A stretch of DNA of 64,000 nucleotides from NCBI RefSeq assembly GCF_006345805.1, contig NC_043015.1, positions 50,964,001-51,028,000 on the forward strand. The letters are read 5' to 3'. Made by a program: the position numbers and the translations under genes. Positions 26,717 through 41,694 of the stretch are shown here, one piece after another. The stretch's first letter is position 1. Every line of letters begins with the position of its first letter. The notes below the pieces were generated by a model, which saw nothing but the letters and a program-made list of their open reading frames with translations, was not told the DNA's origin and did no database searches. Source of the stretch: Octopus sinensis (taxonomy: Eukaryota).

Positions 26717-28721
26717 TATACATGCTGCAGCATACACATTGTATAGACTATACACACAACACATATTCACTGCATATACACAATACGTGTAGAATATACT
26801 ATACTATACATATAGGCACAGCTGTGGCTGCTTAGTAAGTTTGCTTCTCAACCTCATGGTTCTAGGTTCAGTTCCACTGCATAGCACCTTGGGTAAGTGT
26901 TTTCTACTATGGCCTTGGGTTGACCAAAGCATTGTGACCGAATTTGGTAAAGGAAACAGAAAGAAACCTGTCATGTGTGTGTGGATGATGATGATGATGA
27001 TGATCATCATCATCATCATCAAACGTCCATTGTCTGTGCTGGCATGGGTTGGACGGTTTGACTGGGCTGGCACGCTTGAAGGCTGCACCAGACTCCAGTC
27101 TCATTTGGCATGGTTTTCTATGGCTGGATGCCCTTCCTAATGCCAACCACTCAAAGAGTGTAATGAGTGCTTTTACGTACCACTGGCACAGGTGCCATTT
27201 GAGTGACACCGGTATCTGCCATGACTGCGATTTTGCTCAGCTTGATGAGTCTTCTTCTCAAGTATGACATAATGCCAAAGGTCTTGGTCATTGCCTCTCC
27301 GAGACCCAACACTCGGAAGAAACTCAGCCACTTTGCCTTTATCAAGCCCAATGCTCATATATATATCATCATCATCATCGTTTAGCATCTGCTTTCTATG
27401 CAGGCATGGGTTGGATGGTTCACCTGGGGTCTGGGAAGCCAGAAGGCCGCACCAGGCCCAGTTTGATCTGGCAATGTTTCTACGGCTGGATGCCCTTCCT
27501 AACGCCAACCACTCCATGAGTGTAGTGGGTGCTTTTTACGTGCCAGACGAGGCTGGCAAACGGCCACGATTGGATGGTGCTTTTTATGTGCCACTGGCAC
27601 ATATATATATATATATATATATAAGTACGTGTGGCTGTATGGTGAGAAGTTTGCCCCCCAACAGCATGGTTCTGGGTTCAGTTCCACTGCATGGTACCTT
27701 GGCCAAGTGTCTTCTGTTATAGCCCTGGGTTGACTAAAGCCTTCTGAGTGGATTTGGTTGATGGAAACTGAAAGAAGCCTGTCATATCTATCTATATATA
27801 TATCTATGTGTGTTTGGGGGTCATTGTGTATGTATTTGTCTCCCACCACAAACGTGGAAACCTGTGTTTGTTACTTTACATCCCTTTAATTTGACAGTTT
27901 TGCTAGACTAATAAAATAAGTCCCAGGCTTAACCCCCCCTCCCAAATGTCCTGGGGTTGATTTGTTTGACAGTATGGCCGCAGTCCAGCGATTGAAACAC
28001 GTAGAAGATAAAAAGATACCCTACACGATACACATACCATACATAATAAACACATACACACACACACTCACAAATTTTTCACACACACACACACACACAC
28101 ACAAATTTTTCACATACACGTGCGCACACACACACACAAATTTTTCATACACACACACAAATTTTCACACGCACACACACACACATACTCTTTATACACA
28201 CATATGCACACACCCTGTACACGATGTCTTTAATCACACCATGAGCCGCCGCCACCACCACCGGAAACTCGTTAACAATTATCAGAAGCCAATAATACAT
28301 CTAAACTGAACAAATAATAAACACGGTACGTCATACAATATACACACGACATATGTAAACTTACACGGAGGCCACGAGTAATATTCATTGTAATCAGCAA
28401 AACACACAAGAAACAAATTTGGCAGACATCAAACATTGCAAAGAGACACAGCAAACAGACTTTTGCTTCACCATCGAACCATCGTCGAATGCTCCATACT
28501 AGTGTCACCGGTTACCAATGTTGCTGTTTGTTGTTGTTTTGGTTGTTGTTGTCGTTGTTGTTGGTTCTTTTTTCGCTATGTTTTATTATGTTTTATCGTT
28601 TACATCTGATGATCTGATGTCATCATTCCTTCGCTATTGATGCGTGTATATTGACATTATACATACCAGAGGTGTGTGTATTGATATTGTGTGTGTGTGT
28701 ATATATATGTATGTATGTGTG

Positions 28722-28754
<33 letters not shown>

Positions 28755-28756
28755 AG

Positions 28757-29305
28757 CTATGTGTGTGATGTATGTATGTATGTATGTATAGCTATGTGTG
28801 TGATGTATGTGTGTATATATATAATATATATATATGTATATATGTGTGTGTATATATATATGTATATGTATGTATATATATACATATATATATGTATGTA
28901 ATATATATATGTATATAAATGTGCGTGTGTATATATATATATATATATGTATATAAATGTGCGTGTGTATATATATATATATACATGTGTGTGTGTATAT
29001 ATATATATATGTATATATGTATATAAATATATATATATGTGTGTGTGTGTATATGTGTATGTATGTATGTATGTATGTATATACAAGAGGTGTATTGATG
29101 TTATACACACCAGAATACCAAAGCATTTGTAAATGGATGAGCTGGTTTGATTTTTGTTTGTTTGACTTTTTTCTCTATGGCTGGGCAATCATTGTATATG
29201 GAGGGAGATAGGGAGTGTGGGGGAGAGTAGCGATGTGTGTATGTATATGTGCAATGTATTTGCATAGTATATATACATGTGTGTGTATATATGTATGTAT
29301 GTGTG

Positions 29306-29338
<33 letters not shown>

Positions 29339-29384
29339 AGCTATGTGTGTGATGTATGTATGTATGTATAGCTATGTGTGTGAT

Positions 29385-29424
<40 letters not shown>

Positions 29425-29870
29425 GTGTGTGTATATATATATGTATATGTATGTATATATATACATATATATGTATGTAATATATATATATGTATATAAA
29501 TGTGCGTGTGTATATATATATATATATATGTATATAAATGTGCGTGTGTATATATATATATACATGTGTGTGTGTATATATATATATATGTATATATGTA
29601 TATAAATATATATATATGTGTGTGTGTGTATATGTGTATGTATGTATGTATGTATATACAAGAGGTGTATTGATGTTATACACACCAGAATACCAAAGCA
29701 TTTGTAAATGGATGAGCTGGTTTGATTTTTGTTTGTTTGACTTTTTTCTCTATGGCTGGGCAATCATTGTATATGGAGGGAGATAGGGAGTGTGGGGGAG
29801 AGTAGCGATGTGTGTATGTATATGTGCAATGTATTTGCATAGTATATATACATGTGTGTGTATATATGTG
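28757..29870. repeat. Tandem duplication, ~575-bp period, embedded in TA/TG microsatellite
   Basis: Unique block atacaagaggtgtattgatg...gcatagtatatatacatgtgtgtg occurs identically at ~29081 and ~29656. Confidence 0.9.
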
Positions 29871-29948
29871 TATATATATATGTATATATATATATACATA
29901 CACACACACACAAACAAACATACATTTATATATATATATATATATATG

Positions 29949-29988
<40 letters not shown>

Positions 29989-31964
29989 GTGTTGATGGTT
30001 CTGTTATAAACTACCATTGATTGGAAATCAATTGATTTCCCCGTAATCATTGCCAACCAATCAGTTTTGTTGATCATGTATCACCGCCATGCATCATTAA
30101 ATCCCTGCATCCCACCCGCCGCCTCCTCTGCGTGGTCGTCAATAACAGTGACAGCAGATCGTTGCAATCCCCTACCGCTTTGATCTCTTAATCACAGTCT
30201 TCACCCTTCACCCTTCGCTTCATTACTAATTCACATTGCTTAACTAACTGAACTGCTAGCTCGGCCACCCCTGCCTAACTCCTCCATCCACGTTCGAGTC
30301 AAAGGGTCACACACCCGCATATATGAGTGAACTCTGTATGTATTGGGAAAACGGGACTAGTGAAGGGCTGATAAAACTGATTAAAAACCCTGTCAGCGCT
30401 TGCTATATATCAATGCAAATTAAAACCCTTTTGATAGTGACATGCCTGAGACCACCTTTGGGTCTATGACATAAACTTCCTCTTTTAACACATTGCATAG
30501 CATAAGACTTACCATTTTTCCCCCACCACCCATGCAATATTCTTAATATACCATGGGGGTCACTGCTGATTCACACTGGTGATGTGTTCCCTTTTTTATG
30601 GATCCTCACATTACTGTGGTTCTGACTACCTGATTTGAATTTTAGGAAATTTAGTGGACATTTGTTTCTTTGTATTCCTCAGGTGTTTTTTTTTCCAATT
30701 TGATTTGCTGGATGCTGAGACAATACCTGGTGAGGAAGGTGCAAATCACTGTTATCTCCATCATTGAAGCACTGCCCTCTGTATTATAATTTTGTTGTGA
30801 AAAAAGAAACCATAAAGGCTTGGTCATCATCCTCATCATCATTTAACGTCCGTTGTCCATGCTGGCATGGGTTGGACGGTTTGACCAGAGTTGGTAAACA
30901 CTGAACCCTAGTCTGCTTTGGCATGGTTTCTACAGCTGGATGCCCTTCCTAATGCCAACCACATTACAGAGCGTGCTAGGTGCTTTTATGTGGCACCACA
31001 TGAAGTGATTTTACATAGTGCTACATGGGTACTTTTACATGGTGCTACATGGATGCTTTTACATGGTGCTACATGGTGCTACATGGATGCTTTTACATGG
31101 TGCTACATGGGTGCTTTTACATGGTGCTACATGGGTGCTTTTACATGGTTCAACCAGGAGTGCTTTACATCACCAAAGGGGACCAGTTTTAACACTTCTG
31201 TTGCAGAGTATGGGTCTCCTTGAGTACAATAAGGCACCAGGCATCTCGGACCTTTGTCATCTTGCCTGAAAGGTCCAGCATCTTGAAGTCATCCTTCAGC
31301 GCTTCATCCCATGTCTTCCTGGGCCTTCCACTTCCTTGGTTATTTTTTTCTTTATTTCAGTCATTTTGACTGTGGCCATGCTGGAGCACCACCTTTAGTC
31401 GAGCCAAATCAACCCCAAGACTTATTCTTTGTGAGCCTAGCACTTATGCTATCGGTCTCTTTTGCTGAACTGCTAAGTTACGGGGACGTAAACACATCAA
31501 CATCGGTTGTCAAGCGATGATAGCGGGACAAATACAGACAATACCTTGAAAAATGTACATAATGTTTCATTATCTTTGAAAATTAGAGCTCAAGTTCCAT
31601 CAAGTTCAACTTTGCCTTTCAACTTTTGGGGTTGATAAAATAAGGTATCGGTCGAGTACTGGGTTTGATGTAGTCAGCCAACATTCTCCCAAAAATTTCA
31701 GGCCTTGTTGAGTCTATAATAGGAACCTTAATTTTCAAAGTTAATTTATTAAATTTTTCATTGTTTTCAAAATTAGTATTTAAATTCTATGAATGATACC
31801 TTTGCCTTTCATCTTTTGAGGGGGTAAATAAAATAGGGTACCAGTTGCGTACTGGGGTCAATGTCGTCAGCTAGCACTCTCCCACAAATTTCAGAACTTG
31901 TGCCTATATTAGAAATTTTAATTTTCAGAGTTAATTTCTTAAATTAAATATATTTCAACAGAAA

Positions 31965-32615
31965 GGCAGTGAGCTGGCAGAAATGTGAAGCACGCCGAGT
32001 GAAATGCTAGGTGGTATTTTTGTCTGTCTTTACGTTCTGAGTTCAAATTCCACCGAGGTCGACTTTGCCTTTCATCCATTTAGGGTCGATAAATTATGTA
32101 CCAGTTGCATATTGGGGTCGATCTAATTGACTGACCCAAAAATTTCGGGCCTTGTGCCTGGAGTAGAAAAGGATACAAAGGCGGTGAGCTGGCAGAAATG
32201 TTAGCACACTGGGCGAAATTCTTAGCGGTATTATGTCTACCGTTACATTCTGAGTTCAGATTCTGCCGAAGTCGACTTTGCCTTTCATCCTTTCGGGGTC
32301 GATAAGTTAAGTACCAGTTATGCACTGGAGTCGATGTAATCAACTTAGTCTCTTTGTCTGTCCTTGTTTGTCTCTACAATGTTTAGCCCCTTGTGGGCAA
32401 TAAAGAAATAAGAAACGCTAGAATGCTGGCCGAAATGCTAGATGGTATTTTGTCTGTCTGTACGTTCTGTGTTCAAATTCCACCGAGGTCGACTTTGCCT
32501 TTCATCCTTTTGGGGTCAATAAATTAAATACCAGTTGCGTATTGGGGTCGATCTAATCGACTGGCCCCTCCCCCTCCCACAAAATTTCAGGCCTTGTGCC
32601 TAGAGTAGAAAAGAA
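31965..32615 (+). mobile_element. Head-to-tail cluster of three SINE family A copies
   Basis: Three consecutive gttcaaattc(c)accgaggtcgactttgcctttcatcc cores. Confidence 0.85.
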
Positions 32616-33139
32616 TATATTTCAACAGAAATATGGGAACAAAAAGGTTAATACCATTTCAATATCTTTTTATTTTTTCTCCTCCATCAGTGATTTCAAC
32701 AGTTTGAACAACCAAATTATGTTGTCTTTCTGTATGAAATGTCATCTCTTCTCACGCATCACTGACCTAGTCTGCTTCTACAATATCAGAGTTGTATTGC
32801 ACGCTTCTTCTTACCGAAACATTGCAAAGCCGTCTTCTGTTTATCAAGAATACAATGACAATTACCAACAATTTGCATAGGATGTGGTGGCATTAGCGAA
32901 TATTGTTATCTGCAAATTATTGCAATCTGATAGTTTTGTATAGGAATAAATATCCCGAAAGAAATTCGATGCATCGTTCAGTATCTTTGCTGTGATCTGA
33001 GTTTGGTAAGTGATGCCATAGAATTTTTTTGAGAAAGAAGTGAATTTACATTTATGTATGTTTCTGTATTCTAGGTTAAATTGCGAGTTCTCTTTTATCA
33101 AAGTTGTACAAATATGTGCGCACGCACACACACACACAC

Positions 33140-33669
33140 ACACATGTATGTGTATGTGTATAAATGTATATATATATATGTATATATATATATGTGTGTG
33201 TGTATATATGTGTGTGTATATATATGTGTGTATATATATATATGTATATATATGTATATGTATATATGTATATATATGTATATGTATATATGTATATATA
33301 TGTATATATGTATATATATGTATATATGTATATATATGTATATATGTATATATATGTATATATATATGTATATTATATGTATATATATGTATATGTATAT
33401 ATATGTATATGTATATATATGTATATGTATATATATGTATATGTATATATATGTATATGTATATATATGTATAGTATATATATGTATATGTATATATATG
33501 TATATGTATATATATTATATATATGTATGTATATATATGTATATGTATATATATATGTATATATATGTATATATATGTATATATGTATATATATATATAT
33601 ATATATGTATGTATTTTAGCATGGAAAACGGACGTTAAACGATGATGATGATTATGATGATGGTATATG

Positions 33670-33713
<44 letters not shown>

Positions 33714-33812
33714 GATGTAAGCATGGAAAACGGACGTTAAACGATGATGATGATGATATATGTATATATATATTGTATATATATATATGTATATGTATAT
33801 ATGTTATATATG

Positions 33813-33843
<31 letters not shown>

Positions 33844-35021
33844 GTATATATAGATATTGTTGAATGGTTTGTTCTGCGTTATGAAGTGTATTTCTATGTT
33901 TTCTATGTCTGATAATTGCCGTCATGTTTCAGTGGAAAGGTCACGATGGACTGATATTGGTTCTGCAGTGGAATGCTATCAATGATCTGATTCTGTCTGG
34001 TGGTGAGGATTGCAAATACAAGGTAAGAGGAAGAACTTATTCATTAGTGAAAGGCAGTTTAGATATGTCTAATAGTAAAAAAAAAAAAAAAAATAATAAT
34101 AATAATAATGATAGTAATAACAACAACAATAATAATAATAGGTGTTGGGAAGCCACTCGGCAAGAAATGGAAGCAAAATTGAAAGAATGATAATAATGAT
34201 AATGATGATGATGACGATGATGATGATGATGATGATGGTGATGATGAAATGAAAAAAAAAAAACGTAAAGTAAAAAAAATGCTGCTACCTGAAAGTCTAT
34301 TTGGCAAGATCATGGAATGAGATATTTTTCTAAATATTTATTAGCCAAGACAAATGCTGCAAAGAAAGAATTAAAAGTTGAAGAAAAAAAGGAAACAAAA
34401 AAAAAAATTACAAAAAAACAAACAAAGAAAACAGCTCCCCACCAAAGAACTTGTTGTTGCGATGAAAGTGCTCAAAAGAACTGTGTATTTGAGCACATGT
34501 ATGTGTGTGTGTATATGTATGTATGTATGTATGTACATGTATGTATGTATATATGTGTGTGAGTATATATATATATATGTATGCATGTATGTGTAAATTT
34601 GTATATATATATATATGTATGTATATACATATATATATGTATGTATATATATACATATATATATGTATGTATGTATATACATATATATATGTATGTATGT
34701 ATATACATATATATATGTATGTATGTATATACATATATATATGTATGTATGTATATACATATATGTATGTATGTATATACATATATATATGTATGTATAT
34801 ACATATATATATATATATATTTGTATACATGTCTATATATGTGTATATATGAAGATATGCATATATATATGTACAAGTGTGTATATATGAATAAATGTGT
34901 TTATATATGTATATACATACACATATATATATACATACACATATATATATATATATATATATGTATGTATCTATGTATATATATGTATATACATACGCAT
35001 ATACACACACACATATGTATG

Positions 35022-35064
<43 letters not shown>

Positions 35065-35065
35065 A
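33140..35065. repeat. Long (TA)/(TATG)n microsatellites flanking the 90-bp IFT80 exon on both sides
   Basis: Tracts at ~33140-33850 and ~34500-35065. Confidence 0.95.
33933..34022 (+). CDS. IFT80: IFT80 internal coding exon (90 bp, phase 0-0): [30 protein letters not shown]
   Basis: tttcag acceptor, gtaaga donor; similar to vertebrate [30 protein letters not shown]. Confidence 0.96.
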
Positions 35066-36343
35066 ATATGCAAGAATTCTTTCTTTTAAAGCTGTAGTCT
35101 AATAGAGATTCAAAGGAAGAATGTGAGTTCATAATTTCTGTGTAGATTCCTATGTGTAAGAATGGTTTGGTAAAAAAAAAGTAAATAAATAAATAAAGAA
35201 TAAAAAATTACAGGAAAAGACAAAAATAAAAAACAAAAAACAAAAAAAAAACTCACAAAAACGTGTTGGTGGCATAACAGTTTGAAAGAAGAATAATATG
35301 TGCAGGTTTTTGTGCATACTTGTAATGTTGCGCATATGTGTGTGTGTGTGTGTGTGTGTGTGGTTTTAGAAAGTGAATATTGCATAAAAACTCTAGATAA
35401 GAGCTTACACTTGTATCTTCAAGCAAGCATGAATAAATAAGAAACTCGGCGTGTACAGATGTGCGTATGTGCGTACACAGAGGCAAAAACGCATGCACAC
35501 AGCTGTGTGTATAAGAGAGAGTATGTGTGTGTGTGTGTGTGTGTACAGATGCACAGACAACCGCATGTACAAATACAATGAACTCTAGTGTACATTGCCA
35601 GGGATATTATTTTAACTCCCTGAAAAATCAATGAAACCTACACACACATACACTATATATATATATATATATATATATACATACATACACACACATATAT
35701 ATATATATACTGACATGCACACATACACACATGTATATACACTATCTGAACACACAAAGGCGTATACTCACAGTCTATTTTACAAGCACATGTATATATA
35801 CACACATGCTCACCAGACATCTACACACAGACATGCTATATCTATTTCTTTACTACCCACAAAGGGGCTAAACACAGAGGGGGCAAACAAGGACAGACAA
35901 ACGGATCAAGTCGATTACATTGACCCCGGTGCGTAACTGGTACTTAATTTATTGACCCCGAAAGGATGAAAGGCAAAGTCGACCTCGGCGGAATTTGAAC
36001 TCAGAACGTAACGGCAGACGAAATACGGCTACGCATTTCGCCCAGCGTGCTAACGTTTCAGCCAACTTCGCCGTATAGATATAGACACACTATATCTATA
36101 TATACGTGTATGTGTGTATATACATTTGGATTCACTTCTTACCTCAAGTCCCTGATATATACACCCATAGACACATGCTCTGTTTTACAAGCATGCACAC
36201 TAGCATACATTTACACCCTTTTACAGACACACACACACACAACAACAACAACACAAACATCACATTTTGCAATCACTACTCCTATATCTTTGTATACTTA
36301 AATGCATATATTTATATTTGTATTCGTTAATACTACTATTTAT

Positions 36344-36381
<38 letters not shown>

Positions 36382-36570
36382 ATATATATATATATATATA
36401 ATATATATATAGGTGCAGGCGTGGCTGTGTGGTAAGAAGCTTGCTTCCCAACCACATGGTTCTGGATTCAGTCCACTGCCTGACACTTTGGGCAGGTGTC
36501 TTCTACTATGTCCATGGGCCGTCCAAAACCTTGTAAGTGGATTTGGTAGACAGAAGCTGAAAGAAGCCTG

Positions 36571-36618
<48 letters not shown>

Positions 36619-37074
36619 ATGTGTGTATTTGTGTTTGTCCTCCCAACCGATGTTGTTTATATTCCTGTAGCTTAGCGGTTCAGCAAAAGCGATGGATAGA
36701 ATAAGTACTAGGCTTACAAAGAATAAGTTCTGAGGTTGATTTGTTTGACTAAAGGTGGTGCTCCAGCATGACTGCACTCAAATGACTGAAACCAGTAAAA
36801 GAATAAAAGAATATATATGTATATATGTGTGTGTGTTTCCATGCATGGCTTTAACATTACTATAACTGAAATATTGTTTAATAAATTCTTGGATCTCTTG
36901 TAAAAATTATTGATTTTCACTGGTAAAATTAACCCTTTCCTATAATAGTCTCCTGTAGATTGCCCCTAATTCTGTTGTTCAAATTGTACATTTTAAAGTT
37001 GCTACCTTTGGAATATCAACTAATAAAAACAAATTTTGAAGAAAACTTCCAAACACAAATAATAATAATGATAA

Positions 37075-37134
<60 letters not shown>

Positions 37135-37194
37135 AAATAATAATAGGCACACCCCTGGAAAGGTCTCAGAAAATGACAAAGCAACCATACTCTG

Positions 37195-37645
37195 GTATAT
37201 GCAATATGCACAGATAGAGAAATCAAGGCTAATATACCAGATATAGTTATCAGAGATCACCAAGGAAAAAGATGCTTTCTAATCGATGTATCAAACAGAT
37301 GACAATGTTTCTCTAAAAGAAATGGAGAAACTTTCAAAATAGAAAGATCTGGAAATAGAGGTAACTTGAATGTGGAACCTAAAAACAGAAACAGTTCCTA
37401 TAATAGTAGGTAAATTAGGTATGATAAAAAAAATGAACATTCAGACAAATGCATAACCAAAACACCAGGACATATAAATGTATATAACATACAGAAAATA
37501 GCACTACTGGGCACTGCACACATCCTATGCAAAACACTTTCAATACAGTAACTATAAGAGCATCACAACAAACAACAGCACATACCCAAGGCACACAGAG
37601 CTGCACTTGGTAGTCCAGTGAAAGCATGTGATAGAGATAAGACTA
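37195..37645 (+). mobile_element. R4/Dong-like non-LTR retrotransposon 3' remnant next to a (TAA)n tract
   Basis: Decayed EKLSK.KDLEIEV..MWNLKTETVPIIVG.LG and IQKIALLGTAHIL, typical of the restriction-like endonuclease C-terminus. Confidence 0.7.
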
Positions 37646-38292
37646 ATCATCATCATCATTGTTGTTTTTTAACATCCACTTTCCATGCTGGCATGGGTTG
37701 GACGGTTGGACTGAAAAATGGTAAGCTGAAGGGGCTGCACGATGTTCCAATCTGATTTGGCAAGGTTTCTTGCTATGGCTGGATGTCATTCTTAATGCCA
37801 ACCACTCTGAGAGTGTAGTGGATGCTTTTTACGTGCCACCAGCACAGGTGTCATTGACCTGACAATGGCATCGGCCATGACTATGGTCTCACTCGGCTTG
37901 AGAAGTCAACAGGAGCATGGTGTATCACCAAGAGTCTTGGTCACCTGTCACTGACTCCATGAGTCAAGTAGTAGTAATAGTAGTAGCAGTAGTAGCAGCA
38001 GCAAAAGCTGGTAGAATCATTAGCATGCCAGACAAAATGCTTACTCTTTTACTCTGTTAATTGTTTCAGGCATTTTGACTGCGGCCATGCTGGAGCATCG
38101 TTTTTAGTCAAGCAAATCAACCCCAGGACTTATTCTTTGTAAGCCTAGTACATATTCTATCGATCTCTTGCCAAACAGCTAAGTTACGGGGACGTAAACA
38201 CACCAGCATAGGTTGTCAAGCGATGCTGGGGGAAACATACACACACAAACATATACACACACATACATACATACATACATATATATATATAC

Positions 38293-38350
<58 letters not shown>

Positions 38351-39269
38351 CAGGCTTCTTTCAGTTTCCATCTACCAAATCCACTCACAAGGCTTTGGTC
38401 GGCCTGAGGCTATAGTAGAACACACTTGCCCAAGGTGCCAAGCAGAGGGGCTGAACCTGGAACCATGGGGTTAGTAAGCAAGCTACTTACCACACAGCCA
38501 CTCCTACGCCTAATGCTAACAATTCTGCCAGCTTCACCATCTTGTATAATAATAATAATAATTATAATGATAATAATAATCTGTTATCTACTCATCGTAT
38601 ATCACAGTTGTGAATCATATTGCATGAGGCTTGAAGTACCAGATACTAAATGCTGTGGAGGTATTTCTTTGAACTACTAGAGAGAGTGAGAGAGAGAGAG
38701 AGAGAGAGTCTGCAGACATTCCTGATATTCTAACCTGTTCACATCAATACAGGCTCCATTACACTCAAATATTTCCAAGAATAAACTTGCACAGCGCCAC
38801 CTATTTACTTAATGCAATGCAAATATATTGCCCTAACCGAAGTAGATGGAGAAAGTAGCTTAATGTGATAGCATTGATTCGCTTTTAACCTGACACAATT
38901 AATGGTCAAGCTAAGAGATGAACGCAGTTGACCATTATGCAAGCTGGAACTGATTCGCTGTAAATATTTAATGCGGCTAAGCTCTCCTGTTATATTTCGG
39001 TATAAACTGGAGCCGGTGTCTGTTCTGGAAGTTGCATTTAGGTGCACGTTGTCGGTGTGTTTGTTAAGTAGATGCGGTCGAGATTGTTCTTTTGTCTGAG
39101 CTTATTGTTGCAATCAGCATGGACGAGTCGACTACCGAGATGATGCTGACGCAGGAGACGGTTGCTTTTAGGCGATTGCACATCATTAAAGATAGAATAC
39201 GAACAGCATTTGGTAAGAAGGTGGGGGTAATTGGAACTTAAACATGGATACATCAAGAAACAAATACTT

Positions 39270-39303
<34 letters not shown>

Positions 39304-41609
39304 AAATATTATCGTAATCATCATCGTTTTTGTAACATCCACATATTCAAGCTTGCATGGGTCAGATGGAATTGGTGAAGCAGATTTTTTTTCTATGGCT
39401 GGATGCCTTTCCTGTTGGCAACCCCCACCAATTTCCAAGTAAGGTAATATTTCCTCATGACTGGACATGCTTAGCATGGGGGTGGGGTGTTTGGAAACAA
39501 AGTGCTCCAATGGAATGATGGCATCAGACATTTACAGAAACCAACACAACACAACACAACACACACAATGGGCTTCTTTCAGTTTCTATTTAGCAAACCC
39601 ACCCACAAGGCTTTACTCAGCCCAGGGCTATAGTAGAAGATACTTGCCCATGTTGCCACACAGTGAAAGTGAACCATGTGGTTGGGAAGTGAACTTCTTT
39701 ACATATACATACATACAAACACACATACACACATGCACACAAAGAAACAAATTTTTTTCAGAATCTTCGTAGTTTTCTACGTATTTCGCAAAAAAAAAAA
39801 AAAAAAATTCCAGAAAAAGTGAAAAGTGAAGAAATTTTGAAAATGCGATTTTTGAAAAGTTTTTTTTTCAGAATCGGATCCTCCCATAACCAACAATGTG
39901 GGATTCCATTAAAAAGAAAAAAGAAATCAATATATATCTGTTTTACCTGAAGTAATGACGGAAAAATCGGATCTTGTGAATTTTCTGACCCCCCCCACCC
40001 GGGTTGTCAGCGCCCATTTTTTTTCATATTCATTTTCCACACACTTGTATGTACCTCGCAAGGCTGGTTTATTTTTTTTATTTCGTTCCCAGGTGAAGGT
40101 CTTTATATTGATTGTTAAAGTTTATGGGAAATAATTGCTCATACTTCTATGATACACAACTTCATTTATACAATTCTAAACAATATTTAATTACAAAAAT
40201 TAAAAAAAGTTTTTTTTTTACAAAAAAAACATAGAATTACTTTGAGGGTCCAGGAGAGTAAAATAAGAATCAAATGAGTCGGGATAAAAAAATGGTTGAG
40301 AACCCCTGTTTTAGAACTTCACTTTATTTGGGTCTCAATAATTTTTGTGTAAATTTAACAAAGAAAATACGTTCCATATTGTTGAAATGGTGAGAAATCT
40401 AGATTCTCAAGAATTATGTTAATAATATACCAAAAATACCAAGAAAATAAATGTTAGATTCCTCACCGAAATTTGTAAAAGTTTAGAGTATGATGCTAAA
40501 AGTAATATCTTATTATTATTATTATTATATTATTATTATTATTATTATTATTTGTAGTAGTAGTAAAATGGTGAATAATATTTAGAATACATCACAGTGA
40601 TATTATGTAAATTAGTGCTGATATTTAAACAGTTTATATGTCAAAGGTCATTTATAGGTCATAGCAAGCATCTTGTTAAGTAGTAGATAGGTGAAGTATC
40701 AAAGAATTGGTGGTTATTGAAGAATGTTATTACCAGAGTTACACACCAGCTGCAGCGTTGGAATAATTATGGTTGTAATTATGGCAAGTGCCATACAGCA
40801 AAAGGCAGCAGTAAGCTGTCTCTAGTTTGAGACTTTGATGTGGTTTTTATTTCTTAAAGCCATTTTGCTTTGCTTATGTTTCTTACTAATGGGTCAATAT
40901 AATTCATTCATTCATTCATTCATTAATTAATTCATTCATTCATTCTTCATCTTATGTCCACTTTTCCATGCTTCCATGGGTTATGCAGAATTGGCCAAGG
41001 TGGGTTTTCTGCAGCTGGGTGATCCTTCTTGTTGCCAACTCTCCTTTCTGTTTGTGAGCAAGGTATTTCTCTCCATGGCTAGGCATGTTTCCACAGGGGA
41101 AAGGAAAAAACGACACCACTTGTAAGACAGTGACTCCTGATTTTACAGCTATTGTGCAATGTCAAGAAAAGGAGATGCAAACACACACAAACATATGCAT
41201 ACATACATACATAAATACATACATACATAAATGCATACATACATACATACATGCATGCATGCATGCATACATGTTGTCTTTTCCTTATGCAGAGTTTGAC
41301 CACCTCCTGTACCAACACCTCAGCACCATCATGATATCTGATGTGGCTTTTTAAACCAGACAATGTTCTGAAAAGACACCCACATAGATTGCACCTCCGA
41401 TTTGGGCCACCAAGAGCTGCAGATAAGTTCTGATCTTTGTGGATCTAAAAATGTCTCTTGAGGCCTCCGTTGGATTTGTAAACCTGGCATACACTGCATT
41501 CAAAGGTGTGCACAGACATATAGGTAGAATAGTTGGTGGAGGTTCATTTTCCATGCATTCGCAGGTGAGATTTGAGGCCAGCCAAAGACAGGCCTGGTCT
41601 GTCACAGTC

Positions 41610-41694
<85 letters not shown>

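Noticed and set aside
30650-30690. Minus-strand CUGAGGA...GAAAC AAAU GUC
   Set aside because: No stem I or stem II pairing; likely chance
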